This document shows positions 1 through 9,401 of a stretch of DNA of 64,000 nucleotides, one piece after another; the stretch's first letter is position 1, and the number at the start of each line of letters is the position of its first letter. The position numbers were made by a program, and so were the translations under genes. The notes under the pieces are model-generated. The model was not told the DNA's origin, searched no databases, and was given only the letters and a program-made list of their open reading frames with translations. The DNA is taken from contig CM000434.1 in the NCBI GenBank assembly GCA_000165345.1, positions 352,001 through 416,000 of the forward strand, read 5' to 3'.

Positions 1-792
1 TTTTTTAATATCATTCAGTGCAAATATACCCATTTTCAGCCATGATATTGTGTATTGGTTTCTTATTCTAGCCTTTTGTATATGAGAATTAGGCCTTGAA
101 ATCCAAACTTCCGCTTGTGAGTTTGGATTACATGAGTGTCTAATATGCTTTGCTTCATTACCTGTTTGAGTCATATCCAAATAAATGAAGTTTTCAACTA
201 GGCAAAAAAGTTTACCAGGCACTAAAGAAGTCTTCTCAAAACTATAACTCATAACATTTTCATCACCTTGATTTTTGAGCTTGAAATATTTTTGGTACCT
301 GTCTCTCACGTCAGAATCTGTTAAAATTTCTCCTATACATTCAATTATTAATTCACCTTTTGACACATTGTCTGATAATATAAGTCTTGTTGAATGATGA
401 GAATTACTATCTTTTAAATTATCTGAACTTATATGTCCACTTTCTTTTTTAATTGGCAATCTAAAACATTCAACAACATATTTCTTGTTTTTTTGATTTT
501 TAAATCTGAGAAATGGTCTGTTATTACAGTACACATCATGTAAATGGTCAGAAAGTCCGCATATACTTTTATTACATTCCTGATGGTTCAGACGATTAAA
601 ACAAAAATCGGCGCATGTTTTTTCACAGCTACATTTTTCAGAATTGTTAATTAATGGAATAAGTCCTGTTCCTAGCTCAAGTATTCTTTTACTTAAATAT
701 GTACTATCTGGGGGTAATAGATTGCTTTCCAATCTAGGCAAGCTACCTATATCTTTAGCTTTATTCTGATAGTTAGTAATTCGGAGGTTCAT
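1..792 (-). CDS. Partial gene: N-terminal ~264 aa of a SET2/ASH1-type AWS-SET histone-lysine methyltransferase. ATG at 792; the ORF runs off the window start, so the C-terminal part and post-SET are outside the window.
   Basis: I translated the minus strand 792->1 by hand and found no stop codon. The protein begins MNLRITNYQNKAKDIG. An AWS-like Cys cluster follows: CSCEKTCADFCFNRLNHQECNKSICG. SET-core motifs are present: GELIIECIGEILTDSDVRDRY and YLDMTQTGNEAKHIRHSCNPN (the NHSCxPN-type motif). The ORF track omits it, probably because it is open-ended. Confidence 0.6.
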   Translation of the reverse strand, partial: MNLRITNYQNKAKDIGSLPRLESNLLPPDSTYLSKRILELGTGLIPLINNSEKCSCEKTCADFCFNRLNHQECNKSICGLSDHLHDVYCNNRPFLRFKNQKNKKYVVECFRLPIKKESGHISSDNLKDSNSHHSTRLILSDNVSKGELIIECIGEILTDSDVRDRYQKYFKLKNQGDENVMSYSFEKTSLVPGKLFCLVENFIYLDMTQTGNEAKHIRHSCNPNSQAEVWISRPNSHIQKARIRNQYTISWLKMGIFALNDIKK

Positions 793-1196
793 TTCTTAGA
801 ATAAAAGACACCATATGTATGGATATAGCCGATTTATTGATTATATTGTCATTTTACTATTGGACCCGATATTTATTCGAAAATTAATTCCAGTCTTTAT
901 TGCCTTGTAAGATTAAAAGCGGGTTAAACATTTATAAGTATGTATTATTTAATATTAATATTGAAATTTAACAACTAGTGAGAATATAATTATATATTTG
1001 ATAATCTTTGTTATCTTTCTCACTTTTATATTGAAATCAGTTCCATAGCGATTGTGTGGAAGACAACAGCAAGTTAATTATATTTTATTGGAGATATAGC
1101 TTTGCTAAAATCTAAATTTTATGACTTAAACACCTGATTGGATTTCAATATCTTCAAACTTAATTGATTCAATATCATAATTATTTTTATATTATC

Positions 1197-2813
1197 ATGC
1201 ATGGCCCTGAAATAGTTTCTGCAACAGTTTTGCAAAGTAAAACTAAGATTGAGATTAAGGATAAAAAAATTAGTTCAGTGATTATTTTTGATTCAAGTGT
1301 TAAAAGCGAATACTATGATGAATACTCTACACAAAATATTAGGGATGATGAAAAATTAATTTACTATTATCCGTCTAGTGACTCGATAATAATCAAACGC
1401 CAGCAAATGAGTCTAGTAGAAGGATTGATTTCTATGTCTTCCCTTTTAATAGGACGCAAAGAGCTAATAAATTATGTAAAAACACGTCAGTACGAAATCG
1501 TTTTTAAAAAAATAAAAGATTCGGAAATAGTTGTTTGTTTTATTATGCAACTGCCATATTACATCAAAGTACAAGCAGGGGAGACTGTTGATGTCGAGTT
1601 TACTGAAGACGATATATATGACAAAAGAAATAATCAATATTCAAATGACTTTTCTTATGATTTATCCTCTAAGTCTAGAAATAGCCTCAAAAACATAAAT
1701 CAAACTCAAGAAGAGAATAATAGAGAACCACTTTTGTCTATATTGGACAAATTTATTGAAACATTTACGTTGCTACATGGGGAAGTTGTTAATATAGAAA
1801 AGAAGTATTTGTTATATATTCTAGAAGATTTTGTACCTGCGTTTATTGAAACAATTGATCTCAATACTTTGTCCATTACTACGAGCATGAACGGATTTTA
1901 TTTTGCTCCAGTTGAGAGACAAGTTCAAATTTCAATAATAAACTTGGTAGAAAATATAATACGTGATTACAATGAAGTTTCACATGTTTCAATATTATTT
2001 GATGCTCATATGCTTTATTCAACTCTCGACTCTTTGTCAAGCAAAATACTTTACAATTATTTAGTAATGCATAATGGAATTGCTATGAATGATAAACTTT
2101 GTAATGAACCTTATGGAAGATTCCCTACGTCATCGTCTTTAGAAAAAAAAGGTGGGTTTTCAGCTTTTGGAAGAAGCAATAAGTTTTCAGGCGATGGATT
2201 TATTTTTGGCCCCACTTCAACTAATGATCAGAATAGCAAGGGGAATTTGATCTTTTCTCCCAAGGTTTTTCTTCCTTGCAATCCAGATAAGGGTTATAAA
2301 TTATTAGTATTTACTTATAATGAGATCATGGTGGTAATTTTATTCAACCCAGAATTGGATTTGAATACCACAGATAATTTTGATAAAAATACTCATTCTG
2401 AATTAAACAAAAATTTTCAATTTTTTCTTGATATGAAAAACCAAATAATTAATTGTAATGGTGGTATTTCTGAGCTCTATGAAAATGTATTTGAGCAATT
2501 CATGAGTATTATGAATTCAATGGATTCGTTTCGTTTCTTTTATATTAACAAATCGAACTATGCGATAAGAAGATCAAATAGATTACTTGGGACAACGAAG
2601 ACATTAATGTCTTCAATAGAGGGAGATTGCGTATTAAAAGCAACAAAAGTGATAAATACTAGCGATGAAAGCATAGATAGCTTTGTTTTTAAATCTAGTA
2701 ATGAAGGATGGGTTGTATGTAGAAAGTCTCTCGACCGTACATTCTATTTATTTTTTGAAGATAGTAAAATACCACTTTCCAAGGTTTTAGGTAAGTTAAA
2801 CAATATTTTATGA
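1197..2813 (+). CDS. CCZ1-like protein (Mon1-Ccz1 Rab7 GEF subunit homologue). The ORF-track start at 1164 is TTG; the first ATG is at 1197 (MHGPEIVSA...).
   Basis: N-terminal 'KLIYYYPSSD...SLVEGLISMSS' resembles CCZ1 'KILFYHPNEV...GLCEAIVQFT'. C-terminal 'DGWVVCRKSLDRTFYLFF' resembles CCZ1 'DYWVVGKKSDRRELYVIL'. The overall length and longin-like layout fit. Confidence 0.45.
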   Translation: MHGPEIVSATVLQSKTKIEIKDKKISSVIIFDSSVKSEYYDEYSTQNIRDDEKLIYYYPSSDSIIIKRQQMSLVEGLISMSSLLIGRKELINYVKTRQYEIVFKKIKDSEIVVCFIMQLPYYIKVQAGETVDVEFTEDDIYDKRNNQYSNDFSYDLSSKSRNSLKNINQTQEENNREPLLSILDKFIETFTLLHGEVVNIEKKYLLYILEDFVPAFIETIDLNTLSITTSMNGFYFAPVERQVQISIINLVENIIRDYNEVSHVSILFDAHMLYSTLDSLSSKILYNYLVMHNGIAMNDKLCNEPYGRFPTSSSLEKKGGFSAFGRSNKFSGDGFIFGPTSTNDQNSKGNLIFSPKVFLPCNPDKGYKLLVFTYNEIMVVILFNPELDLNTTDNFDKNTHSELNKNFQFFLDMKNQIINCNGGISELYENVFEQFMSIMNSMDSFRFFYINKSNYAIRRSNRLLGTTKTLMSSIEGDCVLKATKVINTSDESIDSFVFKSSNEGWVVCRKSLDRTFYLFFEDSKIPLSKVLGKLNNIL

Positions 2814-2958
2814 AAATTACTTATTGAATTTTAGATGAGTGCTCCATTTTTGAGGCAGCACATTTCAATAGCATTTTTATTTAATATTTTAATGGGCTAT
2901 AAAAACATTTCGGGCGCTATCAGTTAATAATATAATTTTGAAAATTTAACTTCTGAAT

Positions 2959-3546
2959 ATGTCTGAAGCCGAATTGAACCCATATATTGAATTTAACAAA
3001 TACAAGGTATTGATTGTAATCTTTTCTGCTCTTTTAGCCTCAATTGCTGCTGAGCTTTTGTCTTATTTTCTATTTTTTAGAAAAAACGACTTCATAAAAA
3101 TGCAGGACAATTTAATTAAGTCACGAGCAAAGCTAGACAAATTAAAACTAAAGGATAAGACAGGGATAATCACAGAAAATACAACTTTATCTTCAAGTTA
3201 TTCAAATAAAATTAAGAAAAATCCTAAAATTGAATCTCTAGAGCAAAGCATTACGAACCTAACTTATAAAATTTCAATGATTAAGATGAAGTCAGGCATA
3301 TTAGTAGGTATTTTGTTTGCTGCACTAATCCCTTTGAAAAATACATTTTTCGGAGATCTACCAATATGTAAACTTCCATTTGAGCCAATTAAAATTTTCA
3401 GATTAGTTACTCAAGCTGGGCTAAAGAATGCATCAGTCGATGACGCAGGAAGCATTTTCATTTTTGGGCAGGCATTCATGGCTTTTAGAATGGCTATTCA
3501 GAAGGCAGTTTATTTTGATACCTCATCGTCATTCGGGAGGATGTAA
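2959..3546 (+). CDS. TMCO1: TMCO1 homologue (ER Ca2+ load-activated channel, DUF841/TMCO1 family)
   Basis: An N-terminal TM helix is followed by a coiled-coil region. 'ISMIKMKSGILVGILFAALIPLKNTFFGDLPICKLPFEPIKIF...DDAGSIFIFGQAFMAFRMAIQKA' aligns closely to human TMCO1 'LSMVRMKSMFAIGFCFTALMGMFNSIFDGRVVAKLPFTPLSYIQ...TDCSFIFLYILCTMSIRQNIQKI'. Confidence 0.7.
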   Translation: MSEAELNPYIEFNKYKVLIVIFSALLASIAAELLSYFLFFRKNDFIKMQDNLIKSRAKLDKLKLKDKTGIITENTTLSSSYSNKIKKNPKIESLEQSITNLTYKISMIKMKSGILVGILFAALIPLKNTFFGDLPICKLPFEPIKIFRLVTQAGLKNASVDDAGSIFIFGQAFMAFRMAIQKAVYFDTSSSFGRM

Positions 3547-3681
3547 CTAAAATTGAGGGGGGAACTGATAAAAACTATTAGTCGATTCAATAACTAGGAA
3601 ATATTAGTAACACTAAAAGCTATTAGACTTTCATTAAATATTTTATATTAACTAGTGTTAATTTAAAATCATTACCCTATT

Positions 3682-4557
3682 TTAATTCATGTATCCTGAG
3701 GAAGGCTGCTGCGAATAGCTTCCGTAGTTTTCATCAACATTATAATATTGATTTGTACGGGTGAACTTTTCAACTTGTGTCTCAACATCATTTGTTAATT
3801 CAGTCTCACCAAATGCAGGAGAGAATTCATTTATCGATGGTTCAAAGAGAAGAGCCCATAATAATGCAGTAGAAAAAGATGTTAAGGCAAATAGAGTCGC
3901 TCCAGTGCATTTAAAAGTGGTTGCATGCAACAATAAAGAAGCACCAGATGCTGAAAATGCAAGGAAGTTGATATAGCCATATGAGTTTCCTACGCCCTCA
4001 TCTTGGAATAGCTCTAACAGCAAAAATCCAAGACCGTACGACACAAATGCAATACCACACAATATTTGTCCGAAAGTTAAGAAATTAATCTCAACACCTC
4101 CTTGGGCAACTGCCATGTTGAATGCGGACTCTAAATCAGTGCTACCACCAAGTTGCATTGTAAATACAAAACCGATAGTCTTTCCAATGAAGTCTAAGAG
4201 AGTCGCAATTTTTATTATCTTTGATCCGGTCACATATCCTCTTGCAAAACATGTGTCATCTGCAAGCAATAGCTGGAATGACATTAAATGAAGAGAACCC
4301 ATAATTCCCAAGAAGAAGCAAAATGAAATATATTTCGGAGCATTTCCTTGGACCAAAATTTCTCCTAGTGAGTGGTAATTGAAGCTGAGCTGGTTTGTAT
4401 AGTTGTAACTTATCATTGTAAGCCCAAGATAACACATTAGCTCGAATAGCAATCCCATACGGAGCAGAGTATTAAACATGCCTTCAATTGGAATGCTTGG
4501 ACCTTGCTTAGTTGCTATTCCTGTATCTACATTCTCAACTCGTGTTGATAGCCACAT
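3682..4557 (-). CDS. Hypothetical multi-pass (about 6 TM) membrane protein with a Tyr/Gln/Ser/Gly-rich C-terminal tail. The ORF-track start at 4563 is TTG; the first ATG is at 4557.
   Basis: Long ORF with six hydrophobic segments of about 20-25 aa. The C-terminal tail is 'NQYYNVDENYGSYSQQPSSGYMN'. I do not recognise a family. Confidence 0.4.
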   Translation of the reverse strand: MWLSTRVENVDTGIATKQGPSIPIEGMFNTLLRMGLLFELMCYLGLTMISYNYTNQLSFNYHSLGEILVQGNAPKYISFCFFLGIMGSLHLMSFQLLLADDTCFARGYVTGSKIIKIATLLDFIGKTIGFVFTMQLGGSTDLESAFNMAVAQGGVEINFLTFGQILCGIAFVSYGLGFLLLELFQDEGVGNSYGYINFLAFSASGASLLLHATTFKCTGATLFALTSFSTALLWALLFEPSINEFSPAFGETELTNDVETQVEKFTRTNQYYNVDENYGSYSQQPSSGYMN

Positions 4558-5439
4558 TATCAAAAAATTGAAATAACTCTAATTCTTAGATTAATTTTCA
4601 AAAATTAAAACAGCGTTGAAGAAACTCTAAATCTTTAATATTTCTTAAATAAGAACAATTAAATAATTATTTTGCTTGTAATTAATAATTTCTTATAGTA
4701 TTTTTATCCATATGAAAATAATCTGTTTATGCTCACATGTAGTATTCTTTATCCTTTACACGACACGACACAAAATATACGTATTTTTATATGTTTATTT
4801 TTTTTTTTACGTGGGGAGTGCTAGCATTGTACGGCAAAGCACCTGTCTATTGTCAACACTAACAATGGAAAAGCTGCAATTTGAATATTAAAAAAATAGT
4901 GAAATATTAAGCCAATATTCGATACTGACAAATATGCTATAGGTTTAGGAAACCATATCTGAGTTATAATAACAAGTAAAAGCATGTATTCAAATAATGG
5001 TTAGTTCAATTATAGGCTACTACTATAATGGATAGCAACAATAACAATTATTGTTTCAAAAGTGAATTTGTGTATTTCAATATTATTTTTATTAATTTTG
5101 TATTAATATTAATGAATAATCCTTTAAATCTATTTATTTTTACAATCATATAATGGCATGGCGGCAATGACTGGCGGTATGTATGCACACGCAAATATTA
5201 TTCACACTCTAAACGCGATTTTGTGTATCGAAAATGCATCTTGCACCTTGCAATGGGCAAAGTTTCATCAAGCAAAATAAATAGTTATTTCAAACATGAG
5301 TGCAAATTGTTTTATTGAGTGCATAGTTAATAATTTTAGTTTTTAGCTTTAGATTTTTATTATTTATACTTAACAATAGAAAATGCATTAGCTACTCTGC
5401 CACAAGCTGACAAATTTAATTAAGATTATTTAATCGAAA

Positions 5440-7524
5440 ATGTACGGCTCTATAAGGAGAATGCTAACTCTGGAAGATCCGAAAAATGGAGAGTTTAGTG
5501 AAGATGAATTGAAAAGAATTAGATTAAAGCACATTTTTTTAATATTTATTTTTACAGTACTTTATGTATCTTGTTTTTTAATGGAACATAGTTATAATAA
5601 AAGCGCACCAATATCTAATCAGATAAGATCAAAGCTATTTGCGTCAACATCTGAGCAGCTAAATAGAATTCAAGATCAATTTGGAACTCCTGAATTGGAA
5701 TCCATTATATCAGGATCTACAGTTTCAGATGTATTAAATTTACTTCAAGCATCCTGTAAATCTAAGTCTTTAATTGAGGATGGGATGACCGAATTTTTCA
5801 ATTGCGATATAATCAGAATTGATTGGAATAAAACTCATCCAAATCCTACTCATCCTGAGTTACCTTGTGATTATTCTTCTCTTGAAAAATATGTTGAAGT
5901 TGGAGATAATACACCATTAGGCGAATTCCCACCTGCAATCAGAAAATATTATGAAACTAATAAAGTGCCATTAGATCAACAGTCAAAGCCAATTTTTCAC
6001 ATGTATCATGATTCAAAGCTATTACTTCCACTATTCTCTGATTCTGCAGATCACAATTTAGGTCCGATACCTTCAATTCATGAAAAGTTAAATTTAATAG
6101 GTAAGAAACTTTATAAAGAAGAATTAGAGAACGATTCTGATATTAAAAATTCCGATATCTTTAATAGTAAAAAAGTTGTGCAATCCAGCGAAATAAATGA
6201 GAGATATAAGCGAACTAATGTAATTGGAAAAGTTATTAGCGAACTAGATTCGAAACCAAACAATAACAAATTAGTAATTGATATGAACCATCATTGGGAT
6301 TTACTACTTAAATGCGACCCCGAATGGGTTACAGTTGTTTTTGAGGTATCTGCAGTTCAAAGAGAAAAGTATCCACTTTGGTGGAAAACAAAACTTCACT
6401 TTACTCGCAGCTCTCCATATTTAAATCATTATATTCCAGAAATAGAAATTACAACGGGTTTGGCATATCAAAGGCACTATCCTATTTCAACATTATTACC
6501 TGTTGTAACGTTATTATTATTTTCGTGGCTTTTATTTCCTGGTGCAATATCGAGTGTGCTTATGTTTCCTTACAATGTATATAGATTAATTTCAAAGAGT
6601 GGTAGATTCAGAGATATTATTGGCCACTTTATAGATCCATTTGGAAATCGAATTAATACTTTAAGTTGGTTTCAAATATTGTTGGAAAATACAATAGGAA
6701 TACTAATTACTTTAGGATTCTTATTTTCTAGTCTAGCCATTCATTTTGGCTCTGAACTTTGTATTGAAACTGCCTATAAGAAATGTGTTGATCCACATTT
6801 ATTTTGGTCTGAAACTCTTCATTTAACTGGTGCAGAGTATTATGGACAAGTACTTTTCAGTTTGTGGATAAAGACTAAACTACATGCTATTGCAGTTTTG
6901 TTATTATTTATAAGGTTACTAGAAATTTCGTTATTCTCCAGCAATACAAGCTTTCTACTCATGACATTTATCTTTGCGTTCGTACCTTTCATGTATTTTA
7001 CCGCAATATTCCTTGTTTTATTATTTGCATTCTCAATAATAATGCATGCTATGTACGGAGCTATTTATATTCAATTTTCGACAATTTCAATATCATTTTA
7101 TTCATTGTTCTTATTTGCGTTTGGAAGCCCATTCTCCGAGACAGAAGTCGGGATAAATGCTTATTTTGAAAAGAGCGCATATGGTGCAGCAGCTATGTTG
7201 TTACTATTTGAGATCCTCTTTGTCACAATTCTGTTAAATATGTTCACTACAATTATTATGAATTCTTATGCAATAGCAACTAAGAACACAGAGTGCCCAA
7301 TGAGGATGAAGAAGGTTACAGCATCACTTTGGTATCAAGCAAAACTAATTTTTGGATTTGACGATGAACTGCAGGAAGAGTTAGATACAATTGAGCGATT
7401 AGGGACGCTGATAAAAGAAAGTGAAGATGCAGTAGTACTAGATATGGCACTTCATTTGCCACCTGTTATATCACCAACAAACAATTCTTTAGACACAAAA
7501 ACTCCACTTCTAAAAGCAGGTTGA
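5440..7524 (+). CDS. TRP-like cation channel (polycystin/mucolipin-like) with a ~330-aa soluble N-terminal region and a C-terminal 6-TM pore module
   Basis: A cluster of TM helices occupies the C-terminal half. The pore/S6-like segment 'FEILFVTILLNMFTTIIMNSYAIA' resembles the TRP/PKD2 S6 consensus '(V/I)LLNM(L/F)IA(M/I)(I/M)xxTY'. Confidence 0.5.
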   Translation: MYGSIRRMLTLEDPKNGEFSEDELKRIRLKHIFLIFIFTVLYVSCFLMEHSYNKSAPISNQIRSKLFASTSEQLNRIQDQFGTPELESIISGSTVSDVLNLLQASCKSKSLIEDGMTEFFNCDIIRIDWNKTHPNPTHPELPCDYSSLEKYVEVGDNTPLGEFPPAIRKYYETNKVPLDQQSKPIFHMYHDSKLLLPLFSDSADHNLGPIPSIHEKLNLIGKKLYKEELENDSDIKNSDIFNSKKVVQSSEINERYKRTNVIGKVISELDSKPNNNKLVIDMNHHWDLLLKCDPEWVTVVFEVSAVQREKYPLWWKTKLHFTRSSPYLNHYIPEIEITTGLAYQRHYPISTLLPVVTLLLFSWLLFPGAISSVLMFPYNVYRLISKSGRFRDIIGHFIDPFGNRINTLSWFQILLENTIGILITLGFLFSSLAIHFGSELCIETAYKKCVDPHLFWSETLHLTGAEYYGQVLFSLWIKTKLHAIAVLLLFIRLLEISLFSSNTSFLLMTFIFAFVPFMYFTAIFLVLLFAFSIIMHAMYGAIYIQFSTISISFYSLFLFAFGSPFSETEVGINAYFEKSAYGAAAMLLLFEILFVTILLNMFTTIIMNSYAIATKNTECPMRMKKVTASLWYQAKLIFGFDDELQEELDTIERLGTLIKESEDAVVLDMALHLPPVISPTNNSLDTKTPLLKAG

Positions 7525-7751
7525 AATTAGAAAAAGGTAATAAAATATTTAAAATTAGATATTTAGAAATTTGATATTTTTTAATATATATTCGATTATT
7601 ACCGGTATAAATTTGAATATGCGGTATTTGGTCATTTTGACTAAATTTTTTATTTGTTGATTCAGAATTTGCATCAATAATTAATGAAAGGGTAAAAACG
7701 GATAATTAGTTTGGTTATTTTTTCAATTGATTGTAATTTAGTAATTAAAAT

Positions 7752-9383
7752 ATGGTCTACCAAAAAATTAGAATAGTCAAGTTCTGCACATTAATAGGTG
7801 CTGCTGGAGTTGGTATTTACTTTGGATGGAAATTATTTAAAAAAGGAAAGGTTTGCTCCATGATCAAAGAAATTTACTCTAAAAACAAAAAAGATAAAAA
7901 AGAGCATTCATTTGAAGATTATTACAATTTTAACAAAGATAAATCAAATGAAGTTGGATCAAATGAATGCGAAGCAGTAAGCTCTTCAGGACTGATTATT
8001 AGGGCAGTAAATAACCTTAATATTCAGCCAGAAGAGGGTTTTGTTCCCGGAGTTGCAAAAATAATGGTAAAAAATTTTGGTTGTAATCACAATCGAAGCG
8101 ACTCTGAAAGTATGATGGGGCTTCTTTCTGAATATGGATACACTTTAGTGGAGGAATTAGACGAATGTAATTTAATAGTAATTAACAGTTGTACAGTCAA
8201 AGGGCCAAGCCAAGATTCGTGCCAAAATTTAATAGAGTTAGCAAAATCGAAAAGAAAATTTGTGGTTGTAACAGGATGCGTTCCGCAAGCAGATATAAAC
8301 TTGAACTTCTTAAAAGATGTTTCTATCATCGGCGTCAGAAATATTCATCGAATAGTTGAGGTTGTAGAATTAACTTTACAGGGGAACATTGTTTTACTGA
8401 TTCCAGATAAAATGGAAGGAAAATCAGGTCAATTAATAGATTCTCTTGAAATTAGTTTGCCTCCATTATCACTACCAAAGATTCGTCGCAATCCTTTCGT
8501 TGAAATAATTACTATTTCTGTTGGTTGCTTGGGAAATTGTACCTATTGCAAAACTAAGCACTCCAGGGGCGATTTGGGCAGCTATCCTGTTGAAACTATC
8601 ATTCAAAGAATCAATCAAAGTCTAAACGAGGGTGTAAAGCAATTTTGGCTGACTTCGGAAGACATTGGGGCATACGGAAAAGATATTGGCACAAATTTAT
8701 CCGAGTTATTGAGAGAAATATTGAAAATTCTACCACAGGACATAATGATTAGGATAGGGATGACAAACCCACCATACATTTTAGATCAAATTGATGAAAT
8801 AATTGATATTATGAAGCACCCCAATGTATTTGAATTTTTGCATATTCCTGTTCAAAGTGGTAGTAACAGGATTCTGGACTTGATGAAAAGGGACTATGTT
8901 ATAGAGGAATTTAGTTTACTAGTTGATTCAATACTAAAAGAAATTCCACTAGCAACTATTGCTACTGACATTATCTGTGGATTCCCCGGAGAAAGCGACC
9001 AAGACCACTTTCAATCTGTCGAATTAATTAATAAATACAAGTTTCCGGTAATAAATATTTCAAAATTCTATCCAAGACCAGGAACTCCCGCTGCAAAAAT
9101 GAAACCTGTACCAAATGGAGTTTCAAAAAGCAGAAGCTCCGAGATTACAAATACTTTTCAGTCTTTTAATCACAACGAATATATATTTGAAAATTTGCCA
9201 GATGATAAAGTTGTCAAGGTGTGGTTTATTGAACACTCTGAAAGAAGCAATCATACAGTTGGACACACAAAAAACTATAATAAAGTATTAGTTAATATGG
9301 ATAACAATCTATTGGGAAAATGCGCAATGGTTAAACTAATCAAACCTTATAAATGGCACATAGAAGGCATCGTTATCAGTTGA
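7752..9383 (+). CDS. CDKAL1-type radical-SAM methylthiotransferase (tRNA ms2t6A37; MiaB/RimO superfamily) with an N-terminal TM anchor
   Basis: MTTase N-domain 'VPGVAKIMVKNFGCNHNRSDSESMMGLLSEYGYTLV' aligns to CDKAL1 '[36 protein letters not shown]'. The radical-SAM Cys triad is 'CLGNCTYCKTKHSRG', matching the CxxxCxxC motif. The length also allows a C-terminal TRAM-like region. Confidence 0.85.
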   Translation: MVYQKIRIVKFCTLIGAAGVGIYFGWKLFKKGKVCSMIKEIYSKNKKDKKEHSFEDYYNFNKDKSNEVGSNECEAVSSSGLIIRAVNNLNIQPEEGFVPGVAKIMVKNFGCNHNRSDSESMMGLLSEYGYTLVEELDECNLIVINSCTVKGPSQDSCQNLIELAKSKRKFVVVTGCVPQADINLNFLKDVSIIGVRNIHRIVEVVELTLQGNIVLLIPDKMEGKSGQLIDSLEISLPPLSLPKIRRNPFVEIITISVGCLGNCTYCKTKHSRGDLGSYPVETIIQRINQSLNEGVKQFWLTSEDIGAYGKDIGTNLSELLREILKILPQDIMIRIGMTNPPYILDQIDEIIDIMKHPNVFEFLHIPVQSGSNRILDLMKRDYVIEEFSLLVDSILKEIPLATIATDIICGFPGESDQDHFQSVELINKYKFPVINISKFYPRPGTPAAKMKPVPNGVSKSRSSEITNTFQSFNHNEYIFENLPDDKVVKVWFIEHSERSNHTVGHTKNYNKVLVNMDNNLLGKCAMVKLIKPYKWHIEGIVIS

Positions 9384-9401
9384 TAGCTATGCTAAATTTA
9401 T

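Noticed and set aside
1164-1196. ORF-track start codons at 1164, 4563, 13016, 46164, 63446 and 32780
   Set aside because: These are TTG or GTG codons, which are bacterial-style alternative starts. For a eukaryotic nuclear gene I moved the start to the first in-frame ATG (1197, 4557, 13013, 46173, 63425). 32780 is an internal exon.
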